Below are positions 9,311-20,168 of a stretch of 61,426 nt of DNA, piece after piece. Positions within the stretch are counted from its first letter, which is position 1; each line of letters opens with the position of its first letter. Position numbers and translations under genes: made by a program. The notes under the pieces were generated by a model. The model saw only the letters and a list, made by a program, of their open reading frames with translations, did no database searches and had not been told where the DNA came from. Source of the stretch: Clostridia bacterium (lineage in GTDB: Bacteria; Bacillota; Clostridia; Oscillospirales; CAG-272); the NCBI GenBank assembly GCA_017450885.1, contig JAFSSR010000076.1, positions 1 to 61,426 of the forward strand. Direction: 5' to 3'.

Positions 9311-10738
9311 TTGAAATTAGGAAAACTGCTTGAAGACGCCGAAATCGTTTCGGCGCGCGGCGCCGATCCCGAGCTTGAGATAAGCGGGATCGCGGCGCAT
9401 ACGGATAAGGTGAAAGAGGGCAGCCTCTTCATCTGCATTAAAGGAAAAAACGGAAACGGACACGAGCATATCTGCGACGCAATCAAACGCGGTGCTGCTG
9501 TTATCGTGACTGAAGAAGAGCCTCCGGACGACTGTCGCCGATATGTTCGTGTTCCGTCTGCCCGGTCATTCTGGGCGGCGGCTGAAAACGCCGCCGCCGG
9601 AAGGCCGGCTGATAGATTAAGGCTGATCGCCGTGACCGGCACCAACGGTAAAAGCTCGGTCACGCGGATGCTCCGCTCGATAATCGAAGCGGGCGGAGAA
9701 AGATGCGGGGAGATCGGCACGCTTACCGGGACCATGACCACCCCGGATCCCGACGTCCTGTATCCGCTTCTCGCCGCCATGGAGAGAGACGGATGCAAAA
9801 GCGCCGTGATGGAAGCGTCCTCGCACGCGCTCGCGCTCGATAAGCTGGCGCCGATAAGATACGCAGGCGCGGTCTTTACCAATCTAACCCTCGATCATAC
9901 CGATTTTCACGGCAGTATGGAGGCGTACGGGGCGGCGAAGGCAAAGCTTTTCGGGATGTGCGAAAAAGCGCTGGTCTGCTTGGACGACCCCGGTATGAAG
10001 GCGCTGTCCGAGGCAAAGAAGGACGGCAGGTATTTCTACAGCATGGAAAGCGACGCGGCGGATTTTACCGCCCGCGGGCTGAAATGCACGACCGGCGGCT
10101 TCCGGTACGATCTCCTCGAAAACGGCAGACTGTACAGGATAACCTCCCCGCTGATCGGGCGCTTCCACGCCCAGAACTCGCTTGCCGCCGCCGGGATGGC
10201 GCGGCTGATCGGCATAGATCCGTGCGCCGTCAAACGGGGGATCGCCTCGGTCGGGACGATAGACGGCAGGATGATGCCCGTCCCGGTCAAGGGGTCGAAG
10301 CTCAGGGCGTTCATAGATTACGCCCACACGCCCGACGCGCTCCGCGTCGCCTGCCTCTCGCTCCGGGAGTGCATGAAGCCGGACGAACGGCTGACGGTGA
10401 TCTTCGGATGCGGCGGCGACCGCGACAGGACCAAGCGCCCCGTTATGGGAAAGGTCGCCGCGCAGTACGCCGACAAGTCGATAATCACCGCGGACAACAG
10501 CCGCAGCGAGGACACCTACGAGATAATTCGGGAGATAGTTTCCGGTATGCCGCCCTACGCGCGCAAGGTCAGCATAGCCGACAGACGGCAGGCGATAGCC
10601 TACGCCGTACACACCGCGCTGAAAAACGACGTCCTGCTCTTTTGCGGGAAGGGACACGAAAAATACGAGATCAACGCCGACGGCAGTCATCCGTTTGACG
10701 AAGCGGATGAAATACGGAAAGCCGCGGCATCAAGATAG
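9311..10738 (+). CDS. murE: UDP-N-acetylmuramoyl-L-alanyl-D-glutamate--2,6-diaminopimelate ligase MurE
   Basis: VTGTNGKSS P-loop, the DNSR motif (ITADNSRSED, typical of DAP-adding MurE) and dcw position. Apparent TTG start 5 nt after the ggaga RBS. Confidence 0.85.
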   Translation: MKLGKLLEDAEIVSARGADPELEISGIAAHTDKVKEGSLFICIKGKNGNGHEHICDAIKRGAAVIVTEEEPPDDCRRYVRVPSARSFWAAAENAAAGRPADRLRLIAVTGTNGKSSVTRMLRSIIEAGGERCGEIGTLTGTMTTPDPDVLYPLLAAMERDGCKSAVMEASSHALALDKLAPIRYAGAVFTNLTLDHTDFHGSMEAYGAAKAKLFGMCEKALVCLDDPGMKALSEAKKDGRYFYSMESDAADFTARGLKCTTGGFRYDLLENGRLYRITSPLIGRFHAQNSLAAAGMARLIGIDPCAVKRGIASVGTIDGRMMPVPVKGSKLRAFIDYAHTPDALRVACLSLRECMKPDERLTVIFGCGGDRDRTKRPVMGKVAAQYADKSIITADNSRSEDTYEIIREIVSGMPPYARKVSIADRRQAIAYAVHTALKNDVLLFCGKGHEKYEINADGSHPFDEADEIRKAAASR

Positions 10739-10765
10739 GATTTTTAGAAGAGGAGAGGGAAAAAT

Positions 10766-12157
10766 ATGAGCATCATCCATCTTGATCAAATGCAGTTAAG
10801 TCTTAACGAGGTCGCGAGGATAACCAACGGAGAACTCTTTTATTCCGGCTCGCAGATCATAAAGAACATTTCCCTCGACTCGCGCGAGATAGAGGAGAGC
10901 ACTCTGTTCATCGCCATCAAGGGCGAGCGCTTTGACGGTCACGACTATATCGGCAAGGCGTTCGAGAGCGGAGCCGCCTGCATCCTCGCGGAGCGCATCC
11001 CCTACAAGGTAAAGGGCAACGTCATCCTGGTCGACAGCACGCTCGACGCGCTGGCGGCGCTTGCCCGCTATTACCGCGAGATAGTCGCTCCCTTTACCGT
11101 CGCGATAACCGGAAGCGTCGGCAAGACGACCACAAAGCAGTTCGTCTTCTCGGTGCTCAATCAGAAGTATCACACCCACAAGACGGCTCAGAATTTCAAT
11201 AACGAGATAGGGCTCCCGCTCACCATTCTCAAAATGGAACGCGACGTGGACGCCCTGGTCCTCGAGATGGGCATGAGCTTCAAGGGCGAGATCGCCCACC
11301 TTTCCAAGGCGGCGGAGCCCGATCTTGCGATAATCACCAATATAGGCACCAGCCATATAGAAAACCTCGGCTCCCGCGAGGGGATCCGCGACGCCAAGAT
11401 GGAGATAACCGAGGGGCTCCGTCCCAACGGAAGGCTGCTCCTCAACGCCGACGAGCCCCTGCTCGCCGGAAGGGACGACGCCATCTATGTGGGGATCGAC
11501 AATCCCGACGCCGACTACCGCGCCTGCGATATGGTCGAGAACGCCACCGGCACCACCTTCAGCATAGTCCACGCGGGCGGAAAGTGCGAAAAGATACGCA
11601 TCAACGTGCCCGGCAGACACAACGTGCTCAACGCCGCGTTCGCATACGCCGTGGGCAGCCGCATCGGTATGGACGACGAGGATATCAAGCAGGGGCTTCT
11701 CGAATTCGAGAACGTCGCCATGCGGCAGAACATATACGAGTTTGAAGGCAAGACCTTTATAGAGGACTGCTACAACGCAAGTCCCGAGTCGATGAAGGCG
11801 GGCCTATCGGTGCTCGCAAAGACGTCGTCCTTCCGCGGCGGCAGAAAGATCGCCGTCCTCGGAAATATGCTCGAGCTCGGAAGGTTCGCGCCCCAGCTCC
11901 ACCGCGAGGTCGGGCACGCCGCCGCTGAGGCGAAGGTCGACAGGCTCTACTGCTTCGGAGCAGACGCGGGCGACATAGCCGAAGGCGCCGTGGAATACGG
12001 TCTCGATCCCGAAACGGTCTTCCGCTTCCCCGATATCTTCAGCGTTGCAGAGCTCGGCGCCGCCCTCAGGAACGATCTCAAGCCCGGCGACATAGTGCTC
12101 TTCAAGGCGAGCCGCGGCGTCAAGCTGGAACGAGTGATCGAAAATCTCAAGGGCTGA
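10766..12157 (+). CDS. murF: UDP-N-acetylmuramoyl-tripeptide--D-alanyl-D-alanine ligase MurF
   Basis: ITGSVGKTTTK P-loop, NNEIGLPLT, and dcw position after murE. Confidence 0.9.
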   Translation: MSIIHLDQMQLSLNEVARITNGELFYSGSQIIKNISLDSREIEESTLFIAIKGERFDGHDYIGKAFESGAACILAERIPYKVKGNVILVDSTLDALAALARYYREIVAPFTVAITGSVGKTTTKQFVFSVLNQKYHTHKTAQNFNNEIGLPLTILKMERDVDALVLEMGMSFKGEIAHLSKAAEPDLAIITNIGTSHIENLGSREGIRDAKMEITEGLRPNGRLLLNADEPLLAGRDDAIYVGIDNPDADYRACDMVENATGTTFSIVHAGGKCEKIRINVPGRHNVLNAAFAYAVGSRIGMDDEDIKQGLLEFENVAMRQNIYEFEGKTFIEDCYNASPESMKAGLSVLAKTSSFRGGRKIAVLGNMLELGRFAPQLHREVGHAAAEAKVDRLYCFGADAGDIAEGAVEYGLDPETVFRFPDIFSVAELGAALRNDLKPGDIVLFKASRGVKLERVIENLKG

Positions 12158-12201
12158 TAACGCAGACCGATTATCCGAGATCGTAAAGGAGATACCTTCC
12201 C

Positions 12202-13221
12202 GTGGAAACAAGACACGTGCTTTACTTTATCGCCGCGCTCCTCATGACGCTGGTGATAACGGTGCTGATACTTCGCAGGCTTATTCCCAAGCTCCGCAGT
12301 CTCAAGATGGGTCAGAAGATCCTTGATATAGGACCGCGCTGGCATAAAAACAAAGAGGGAACACCCACGATGGGCGGGCTCGCTTTCATAATCGCCATGA
12401 CCATCACCTTCGCCACGGTCGGTATCTATGCGCTTGCGAACAGCAACCATCTCTGGGCGATACAGTTTCTCATCACCTACCTGATGGCTCTGCTCTTCGC
12501 CGTCATAGGCATCTGGGACGACAGCCTAAAGCTCCGCAAGCGTGAGAACGAGGGCTTCAAGGCGTGGCAGAAGTTCATCCTTCAGGTCGCCATCGCCGCC
12601 GCCTATCTCGCCGCGATGACCCGTTTCTGCAAGCTCACCACCGTCCTGCACATCCCCTTCTTCAACATATACGTCGATCTCGGATGGGGCTACTACGTTG
12701 TAGCCGGACTGATAATAGTCGGCATAGTGAACAGCGTAAACCTCACCGACGGGATCGACGGTCTGGCGTCCAGCGTGACCACCGTGGTCGGCGCGTTTTT
12801 CGCGATCGCCGCGTTCGCCATCGGAGCAAACAATCCACTTATCGCGTCGCTCCCCGTCGCAATCATCTCCGCCATGATGATGGGGGGATGCATAGGATTT
12901 CTCGTGTATAACTTCTATCCGGCGCGCATATTTATGGGCGATACCGGTTCTCTTTTCCTCGGCGGCCTGGTCGCCGGACTCGCATTCCTCGTCGGCAGTC
13001 CGCTGCTCGTTTTGCTGGTCGGCGTCGTCTACGTCTGCGAGGCGCTTTCCGATATCATTCAGGTCGGCGTTTACAAGCTAACGCACAAGAGGGTGTTCAA
13101 GATGGCGCCCATCCATCACCATTTCGAACAGTGCGGATGGAGCGAGATAAAGATCTGCGCCGTCTTTTCCATCGTCACCCTCATCGCCGCGGTGACGGCG
13201 TTCTTCGGGCTGCCCCGATAG
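12202..13221 (+). CDS. mraY: Phospho-N-acetylmuramoyl-pentapeptide transferase MraY
   Basis: KEGTPTMGG, NLTDGIDGLA, FMGDTGSLFLGG and PIHHHFE motifs. GTG start 8 nt after the aaggaga RBS; the start is somewhat uncertain. Confidence 0.9.
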   Translation: METRHVLYFIAALLMTLVITVLILRRLIPKLRSLKMGQKILDIGPRWHKNKEGTPTMGGLAFIIAMTITFATVGIYALANSNHLWAIQFLITYLMALLFAVIGIWDDSLKLRKRENEGFKAWQKFILQVAIAAAYLAAMTRFCKLTTVLHIPFFNIYVDLGWGYYVVAGLIIVGIVNSVNLTDGIDGLASSVTTVVGAFFAIAAFAIGANNPLIASLPVAIISAMMMGGCIGFLVYNFYPARIFMGDTGSLFLGGLVAGLAFLVGSPLLVLLVGVVYVCEALSDIIQVGVYKLTHKRVFKMAPIHHHFEQCGWSEIKICAVFSIVTLIAAVTAFFGLPR

Positions 13222-13260
13222 ACCTAACGCGGAATAATACTATTTGAACGGAGGACGGTC

Positions 13261-14619
13261 GTGGACCGGAACAGAATAAATACCGACAATATGACCGCCC
13301 GCCGGACCGCTCCCGCTGCCGACGCGAGAACGGCGGATCCGCGCCGCGCGCAGCCTTCGCGCGATCCGCGCGGAACGGCTCACGACCCGCGCGGCGCCGC
13401 GCCTTCTCAAGAGAAGCCGGCTCCGGGCGCAGGCGCTCCCGCGGCGGATAAAAAGGATAAAAAATATAAGACCAAATTCGTAAAGCCCCATTCCATAGTC
13501 CGTATCCGCGGCGGAGTAGACCGCCCTATGCTTATCATCATACTCGTCCTTCTCGGATTTGGGCTCGTCATGGTATTCAGCGCGTCGTTCGCCGCGGCGC
13601 ACAAGGTGCTCGGAGACAGCTTCTATTACATAAAGCGTCAGGGCGCGTTCGCCATCCTCGGACTGATCGCCATGTTCGCGGTCAGCTTTTTCGACTACCG
13701 CTTTTTCCGCAGATTTGCTCCACTCCTGTTCGTCATCACCCTCGGGCTCATGGTCATCGCGGGCGTTTACGGAAGGGCGAGAGGTGTCGCGGCGAGATGG
13801 ATCGACCTCAAGATAATCAGTATCCAGCCCTCCGAGATAATGAAACTGGCGATAGTCCTGTTTTTCGCAAATTACTGCGCGACCCACCGGGAGGAGATAA
13901 ACGATTACAGCGATTTCCGCCGTTCGTCGATCTGGGGAGATATCATCCCCATAGGGATAATCGGCGTGGTCGGAGCGGCGATGGTCCTGCAGAAGCACTT
14001 TTCCGGACTTATCATCCTCGCGCTTATCGGCATGACGGTGATATTCGCCGGCGGCGCCAGAAAGTTCTGGTTCCTGCTTGGCGGCGGCATCGGCGCCGGA
14101 GTCACGCTGATCTTCATAATGATCAACGACTACGCGAAAAAGCGTATCGACGTCTTCCTCCACCCGGAGAACTACTCAAAGCTCAATGAGACCTGGCAGA
14201 CCCTGAACGGACTCAACGCCGTCGGCTCCGGCGGACTTCTCGGAGTCGGACTCGGCAACAGCTACATGAAGTACAGCTACGTCTCCGCCCCGCAGAACGA
14301 CTTCATCTTCTCCATAGTTTGCGAGGAGCTCGGCTTTATCGGGGCGACGGCGCTCATACTGCTGTTCGTACTGTTCGCGTGGCGCGGCTTCGTCATCGCC
14401 ATGCGCGCGCCGGACACATTCTCGGCGCTCACCGCCTTCGGCATCACGAGCAAGGTCATAATCCAGGTGATACTCAACATCGGAGTCGTCACCAACGTCA
14501 TACCCAACACCGGCATCGCGCTCCCGTTTTTCAGCTACGGAGGAAGCGCCCTGCTGATCCAGCTTACCGAGATGGGGGTGCTTCTCGCCATCTCGAGATA
14601 TTCGTACAAAGAAGAGTGA
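13261..14619 (+). CDS. ftsW: SEDS-family peptidoglycan glycosyltransferase FtsW/SpoVE with an R/P/A-rich N-terminal extension
   Basis: LVMVFSAS, QPSEIMKL and LPFFSYGGSALL SEDS motifs. GTG start 6 nt after the ggagga RBS. The first ~70 aa are low-complexity with repeated DPR. Confidence 0.85.
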   Translation: MDRNRINTDNMTARRTAPAADARTADPRRAQPSRDPRGTAHDPRGAAPSQEKPAPGAGAPAADKKDKKYKTKFVKPHSIVRIRGGVDRPMLIIILVLLGFGLVMVFSASFAAAHKVLGDSFYYIKRQGAFAILGLIAMFAVSFFDYRFFRRFAPLLFVITLGLMVIAGVYGRARGVAARWIDLKIISIQPSEIMKLAIVLFFANYCATHREEINDYSDFRRSSIWGDIIPIGIIGVVGAAMVLQKHFSGLIILALIGMTVIFAGGARKFWFLLGGGIGAGVTLIFIMINDYAKKRIDVFLHPENYSKLNETWQTLNGLNAVGSGGLLGVGLGNSYMKYSYVSAPQNDFIFSIVCEELGFIGATALILLFVLFAWRGFVIAMRAPDTFSALTAFGITSKVIIQVILNIGVVTNVIPNTGIALPFFSYGGSALLIQLTEMGVLLAISRYSYKEE

Positions 14620-14623
14620 CTAT

Positions 14624-15736
14624 ATGAGAGTTCTGATGAGCGGCGGCGGTACCGGCGGACACGTCAACCCCGCGATCGCGATAGCGAACGAGATAGCAAA
14701 GCGCGAGCCGGGATCGGAGATCGCCTTCGTCGGCACCGAGCGCGGAATAGAGAACAAGCTCGTGCCTAAAGCGGGATACAAGCTGTATCATATCGAGATA
14801 CAGGGGATAAGGAGATCGCTCTCCCCCTCTAACGTAAAGACGGTCATACTCGCGGCGAAGGCTTTCCGCAAATGCCGCAGGATAGTGCGCGAGTTCAAGC
14901 CGGACGTAGTGATCGGCACGGGCGGATACGCCTGCTGGCCGGTTGTCCGCGCGGCGCAGGCGCTCGGGATACCCACCGTTCTCCACGAGTCTAACGCCAC
15001 CCCCGGATTTGCCGTCAAAACTCTTGAAAAGAAAGCCGACCGCGTTTACGTCAACTTCGAGGAGACGATATCTCAACTCGAAAACAAGAAGAACGCCGTG
15101 CGGGTCGGCAACCCGATGCGCCAGGGCTTTGAGACCGCCGACAGGGAAAAGTCGCGGGAAGCCCTCGGAATAACCGGCAAATACCGTACCTTTATACTCT
15201 CGCTCGGCGGCAGTATGGGCGCGGAGCGGGTCAACGAGGAGGTCCTCGCCGTAATGCGGGATTACACCTCAAAGCACCCTGAGGTCCTGCACGTCCACGC
15301 CACCGGCGCGATAGAATATGAGATAGCGAAAAAGCAGTTTGAGGAGACGGGACTTGACAAATGCCCCAACATCGAGCTGCTGGAATACATCTACGATATG
15401 CCGGCGCGCATGGCGGCGGCGGATATCGTTATCAACCGCGCCGGAGCGATGACCCTTTCGGAGCTCGCTCTGCTCGGCAAGGCGGCTGTCCTCATACCCT
15501 CGCCCAACGTCACCAACAATCATCAGTACAAGAACGCCGCCGTCCTGCGCGACGCCGGAGCGGCGATGCTGTTCGAGGAAAAGGATCTGACAGACGGCGT
15601 CCTGACCGCGGCTGTCAAAGAGCTCTGCGAGGACCGGGAAAAGCGCGCGTCAATGCAGGAAAACATCAAAAAGTTCGCCGTTCCCGACGCGGGAGCGCGT
15701 ATATATGAAGATCTCAAGACCATCGTGAGGCGCTGA
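14624..15736 (+). CDS. murG: UDP-N-acetylglucosamine--N-acetylmuramyl-(pentapeptide) pyrophosphoryl-undecaprenol GlcNAc transferase MurG
   Basis: SGGGTGGHVNPAIAIA N-terminal motif, the C-terminal nucleotide-binding region (RAGAMTLSEL) and dcw position. Confidence 0.95.
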   Translation: MRVLMSGGGTGGHVNPAIAIANEIAKREPGSEIAFVGTERGIENKLVPKAGYKLYHIEIQGIRRSLSPSNVKTVILAAKAFRKCRRIVREFKPDVVIGTGGYACWPVVRAAQALGIPTVLHESNATPGFAVKTLEKKADRVYVNFEETISQLENKKNAVRVGNPMRQGFETADREKSREALGITGKYRTFILSLGGSMGAERVNEEVLAVMRDYTSKHPEVLHVHATGAIEYEIAKKQFEETGLDKCPNIELLEYIYDMPARMAAADIVINRAGAMTLSELALLGKAAVLIPSPNVTNNHQYKNAAVLRDAGAAMLFEEKDLTDGVLTAAVKELCEDREKRASMQENIKKFAVPDAGARIYEDLKTIVRR

Positions 15737-16569
15737 TGGCTTCATCAAAGGAAAAGAAAGAAAAAAGGAATATAGACCCCGAAAAAGGGCTTGAACGTGT
15801 CCGCAAAAAAAGGACAAGGATGACGGTCAACCGCCGGCTCCTGACGGTGCTGACCGTGATACTCCTTGCCGCCGTTTTCGCCGTTCTTGTCGTCGCTCTC
15901 TTCTTCCGCGTTTCGGAAGTCAGGGTGGTGGGCAACACCCACTACAACGACCAGGACATAATAGACGCGTCCGGGATAGAGTATAAGAAAAATATCTTTC
16001 TCATCGACAGCGGGAACGTGGCGAGCTCGATAATCTCGCAGTTCCCGTTCATCAAGACGGTCAGACTGTCGAGACAGGTCCCGAGCACCATCGTCCTGAA
16101 GCTCGAAAGCGACGAGGCGCTTTTCTATACCGACATAGCGGGCGAATTCTTTATCATAAGCCGTGATATGCGCGTCGTCGGGATAGAGAAGAGCGCGGAG
16201 GATGCGGAAAAGCGTTACCCCGGAACAAAGCGGCTTGTCACCCCCGCGGTCTCGGAGGCGGTCGTAGGACGGGAGATAGTCTTCGTCCGCGAAAGCTACG
16301 CGGACGAGGTGCGCAAGCTGGCGGCGTCGCTGTCGGCGAGCGAGGTGTTCGAGGGAGTCACCACCTTCGACGTGTCCAACAAGTTCGCCGTGCGGCTCAT
16401 CTACGGGCACAAGATCAAGGCGACCCTGGGCGACGCGTCCGATTTCGATCTCAAGCTCAGGTTCCTGAACGAGATAATCAAGGACGTGGGCGATAAGGGC
16501 GGAATGGTCGATCTCGACACCGTGGAGATGGGATATTTTATCCCGTCGGACGGCGAAAGCTACGATTGA
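15736..16569 (+). CDS. ftsQ: Cell-division protein FtsQ/DivIB (POTRA domain)
   Basis: Basic N-terminus, a single TM, then a POTRA-like FRVSEVRVVGNTHYNDQDI. TGATG overlap with murG, and it lies upstream of ftsZ. Confidence 0.8.
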   Translation: MASSKEKKEKRNIDPEKGLERVRKKRTRMTVNRRLLTVLTVILLAAVFAVLVVALFFRVSEVRVVGNTHYNDQDIIDASGIEYKKNIFLIDSGNVASSIISQFPFIKTVRLSRQVPSTIVLKLESDEALFYTDIAGEFFIISRDMRVVGIEKSAEDAEKRYPGTKRLVTPAVSEAVVGREIVFVRESYADEVRKLAASLSASEVFEGVTTFDVSNKFAVRLIYGHKIKATLGDASDFDLKLRFLNEIIKDVGDKGGMVDLDTVEMGYFIPSDGESYD

Positions 16570-16655
16570 CGCGGCGATCTTTCGCGAAAAATACGGTTTT
16601 CAGGAAAAAATTATAATAATATGTAATAAATTATAATAAAATTTCAAGAAAACTA

Positions 16656-16684
16656 TTGCAAAAAATCGAAAAGTATTGTATTAT
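16656..16684 (+). promoter_or_regulatory. Sigma-70-type promoter upstream of ftsZ
   Basis: TTGCAA (16656-16661), a 17-nt spacer, then TATTAT (16679-16684), within a 194-nt AT-rich spacer. Confidence 0.5.
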
Positions 16685-16763
16685 ATGATAAATAAGTGTT
16701 TTTTATCATTGAATAATAATACAGATAAAAAAGGATAAAGACAGTTTAGGAGGATAAAACAAA

Positions 16764-17936
<1,173 letters not shown>

Positions 17937-17983
17937 TCTACTGCGCCGATAATATTGGCCGCAGACTGATAATTTAACAAAAC

Positions 17984-18019
17984 CGGCTTCCTGCGGTCGC
18001 GGGAAGCCGATCTTGTTTT
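17984..18019 (+). terminator. Rho-independent terminator after ftsZ
   Basis: cggcttcc / ggaagccg stem followed by tcttgtttt. Confidence 0.6.
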
Positions 18020-18106
18020 GCGGAACTGGGGATATTTTCCTCTGACCCGCGCATTTAGCAGAGCGTTTACACGGACCCGGGGATGCACCCCAAACATAAC
18101 GGATCT

Positions 18107-19777
18107 ATGAAAAAAATAACAGCATTATTATTAACTGTAGTTTTCCTCATCTCTCCTCTCGCCGCCGCTTCGTTTGCCGACTATGAGAACACCCACGAGA
18201 ACACGGGGGATCTCGCCGCCGATATCGTGGCTGTCGCCATAACCCAGCTGGGCTACAAGGAGGGGAGCCTCGACGGCACGGTGCAGGGGGATAACGACTG
18301 CACGAAGTACGGGCTCTGGTACGGGCTGAACTATCAGCCCTGGTGCGCCATGTTCGTTTCCTGGTGCGCAAATCAGGCCGCCGTTCCCGTCTCGATAATA
18401 CCGCGCCATGCAAGCTGCGACAGCGGCATGAACTGGTTCAAGTCCCACGGGCGCTGGCAGTACGCCCCGTATTACGGAGGTACATACACTCCCAAACCGG
18501 CGGACATAATCTATTTCGGCTACAAATACGGGCAGGAATACGACGCCACCCACGTCGGTATCGTATACTACGTCGAAGAAGGTAAGGTCTGCGTGCTGGA
18601 GGGCAACAGCTCCGCTAAAGTTCAGACCGTAAAATACAATCTCGACACCTCCTACATACTCGGCTACGGCGTCCCGGACTACACTTCGTCCGCGGCGTCC
18701 GGCGATCCCTATCCCCTCGGCATATGGAAGGTCACGGCGTCAGCCCTGAACGTGCGCGACGACCCGGACGTCGACGGTACTCACGTTATAGGGATCAGAT
18801 ACGAGGGGGATCTCGTCGAGATCCTCGAGGTGCAGAACGAATTCTGGGGTAAGATACTTCTGGAGGACGGCTCCTTCGGATGGATATCGCTGCGTTACTG
18901 CGAGGTGGTCGAGGCGGCGCAGAAGCCGGATCCCCGACCCGATCCCGATCCCCCGGCGACGGAGTATACCGTCAGCTTTGAGCTCAACGGTGGCTCAGTC
19001 GGTCCTTCGCCCGTTACCGTTGAGGAAGGCGGGACCGCAAAGATCCCGTCCGACATTCCCGAACGCGACGGATACGCGTTTCTCGGCTGGGCGGCAGGTC
19101 CCGCCGCGGAAAAGGCGGAGTACCTCCCCGGCGACAGCTTTACCCCCGCAAAGGACGTCATCCTCTACGCCGTCTGGACAGAGGGCGAGACCGACGGGCT
19201 GTTGTATATGGCGGACCTCAACCGCAAGGCGTGGTATATGAAGGCCGTGACGTTTTGTTACGAGAACGCGCTGATGAGCGGCACGTCGAAGTATTCCTTC
19301 TCACCCTCCGGCACGCTCACGCGCGCCATGCTGGTCACCGTCATCGGCAAGGTGTGCATCCTCTCCGGAGGCGAGATCCCCGCCGCCGGCGAGCAGGTCT
19401 TCCCGGACGTCAAGCCCGGCAAATACTATTTCAAATACGTCTCCTGGGCTAAATCGCTCGGTATTGCCGCGGGCGACGAGAACGGCAATTTCATTCCCAA
19501 CGGCGCCGTCACGCGCGAACAGCTTGCTCTCATGCTGATGCGCGCCGCCGACGCGCTCGGGATGCAGACCGCCGAAGGCGACGCCGCCTTGCTCGACGCT
19601 TTCGCCGACCGCGAGAGCTGCAGCGGCTGGGCGGTCAAGGGACTTTCCTGGGCGTGCGCCAACGGCATCCTCGCCGGAAGCAACGGCAATATAAAGCCGC
19701 GCGATCCCGCGACCCGCGCCGAGGCGGCGCAGATGATCTATCGCTTCGCCGGCCTTATTCCGAGCGGCGATGATTGA
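18107..19777 (+). CDS. Secreted multidomain cell-wall hydrolase: CHAP amidase/peptidase, SH3b, InlB-type B-repeat and three SLH domains
   Basis: Signal peptide MKKITALLLTVVFLISPLAAASFA. CHAP Cys/His pattern (QPWCAMFVSW ... THVGIVYY ... EGNS). SH3b-like WKVTASALNVRDDP. A Listeria-Bacteroides type repeat (YTVSFELNGG...GYAFLGWA...LYAVW). Three SLH repeats (TRAMLVTVI, TREQLALMLMRA, TRAEAAQMIYRF). Start trimmed to the ATG at 18107. Confidence 0.8.
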   Translation: MKKITALLLTVVFLISPLAAASFADYENTHENTGDLAADIVAVAITQLGYKEGSLDGTVQGDNDCTKYGLWYGLNYQPWCAMFVSWCANQAAVPVSIIPRHASCDSGMNWFKSHGRWQYAPYYGGTYTPKPADIIYFGYKYGQEYDATHVGIVYYVEEGKVCVLEGNSSAKVQTVKYNLDTSYILGYGVPDYTSSAASGDPYPLGIWKVTASALNVRDDPDVDGTHVIGIRYEGDLVEILEVQNEFWGKILLEDGSFGWISLRYCEVVEAAQKPDPRPDPDPPATEYTVSFELNGGSVGPSPVTVEEGGTAKIPSDIPERDGYAFLGWAAGPAAEKAEYLPGDSFTPAKDVILYAVWTEGETDGLLYMADLNRKAWYMKAVTFCYENALMSGTSKYSFSPSGTLTRAMLVTVIGKVCILSGGEIPAAGEQVFPDVKPGKYYFKYVSWAKSLGIAAGDENGNFIPNGAVTREQLALMLMRAADALGMQTAEGDAALLDAFADRESCSGWAVKGLSWACANGILAGSNGNIKPRDPATRAEAAQMIYRFAGLIPSGDD

Positions 19778-19854
19778 ACGCATACAAGAAAAAGCCTCCC
19801 GGCTTTCGGCGCGGCGTGATAAGGAAGTGTTTTCGACCAACCTGTGCCGCGCCG

Positions 19855-20030
19855 AAATGAAGTCGCCCGTGCGGGGCTGATGAAGAAATGAAGACGCTTC
19901 GCTGATGAAGACGTCCCTGCGGGACCTAATGAACAGCGGAGGGCGACTTCGCTTCATTAGTGAGCGGAGCGAGCGTCTTCATTAGTGAACGAAGCGAACG
20001 ACTTCATTAGGGCAAAGCCCGTCTTCATTA
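19855..20030. repeat. Composite palindromic repeat array with five forward (T/A)NATGAA(G/C) cores facing four reverse CTTCATTA cores
   Basis: Forward cores at 19857, 19880, 19888, 19905 and 19929. Reverse cores at 19952, 19977, 20002 and 20023, with 25/25/21-nt spacing. Arms pair, e.g. atgaagtcgccc (19857-19868) with gggcgacttc (19941-19950), and ctgatgaagacg (19902-19913) with cgtcttcattag (19974-19985). Confidence 0.75.
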
Positions 20031-20063
20031 AACTCCCGTTTTTTCATTTATAAATTGAAAAAT

Positions 20064-20103
20064 AACAGCAGACTGACATTCTTTTCATCAGTCTGCTGTT
20101 TTA
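20064..20103. terminator. Bidirectional rho-independent terminator between the CHAP/SLH gene and dusB
   Basis: 13-bp perfect stem aacagcagactga / tcagtctgctgtt, flanked by A-run and T-run. Confidence 0.75.
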
Positions 20104-20168
20104 ATTGATATGCGTGCTCACTCGCCGCATTGAGATGCAATGAAATACTTTCTTTTCAATTTTGCTCA

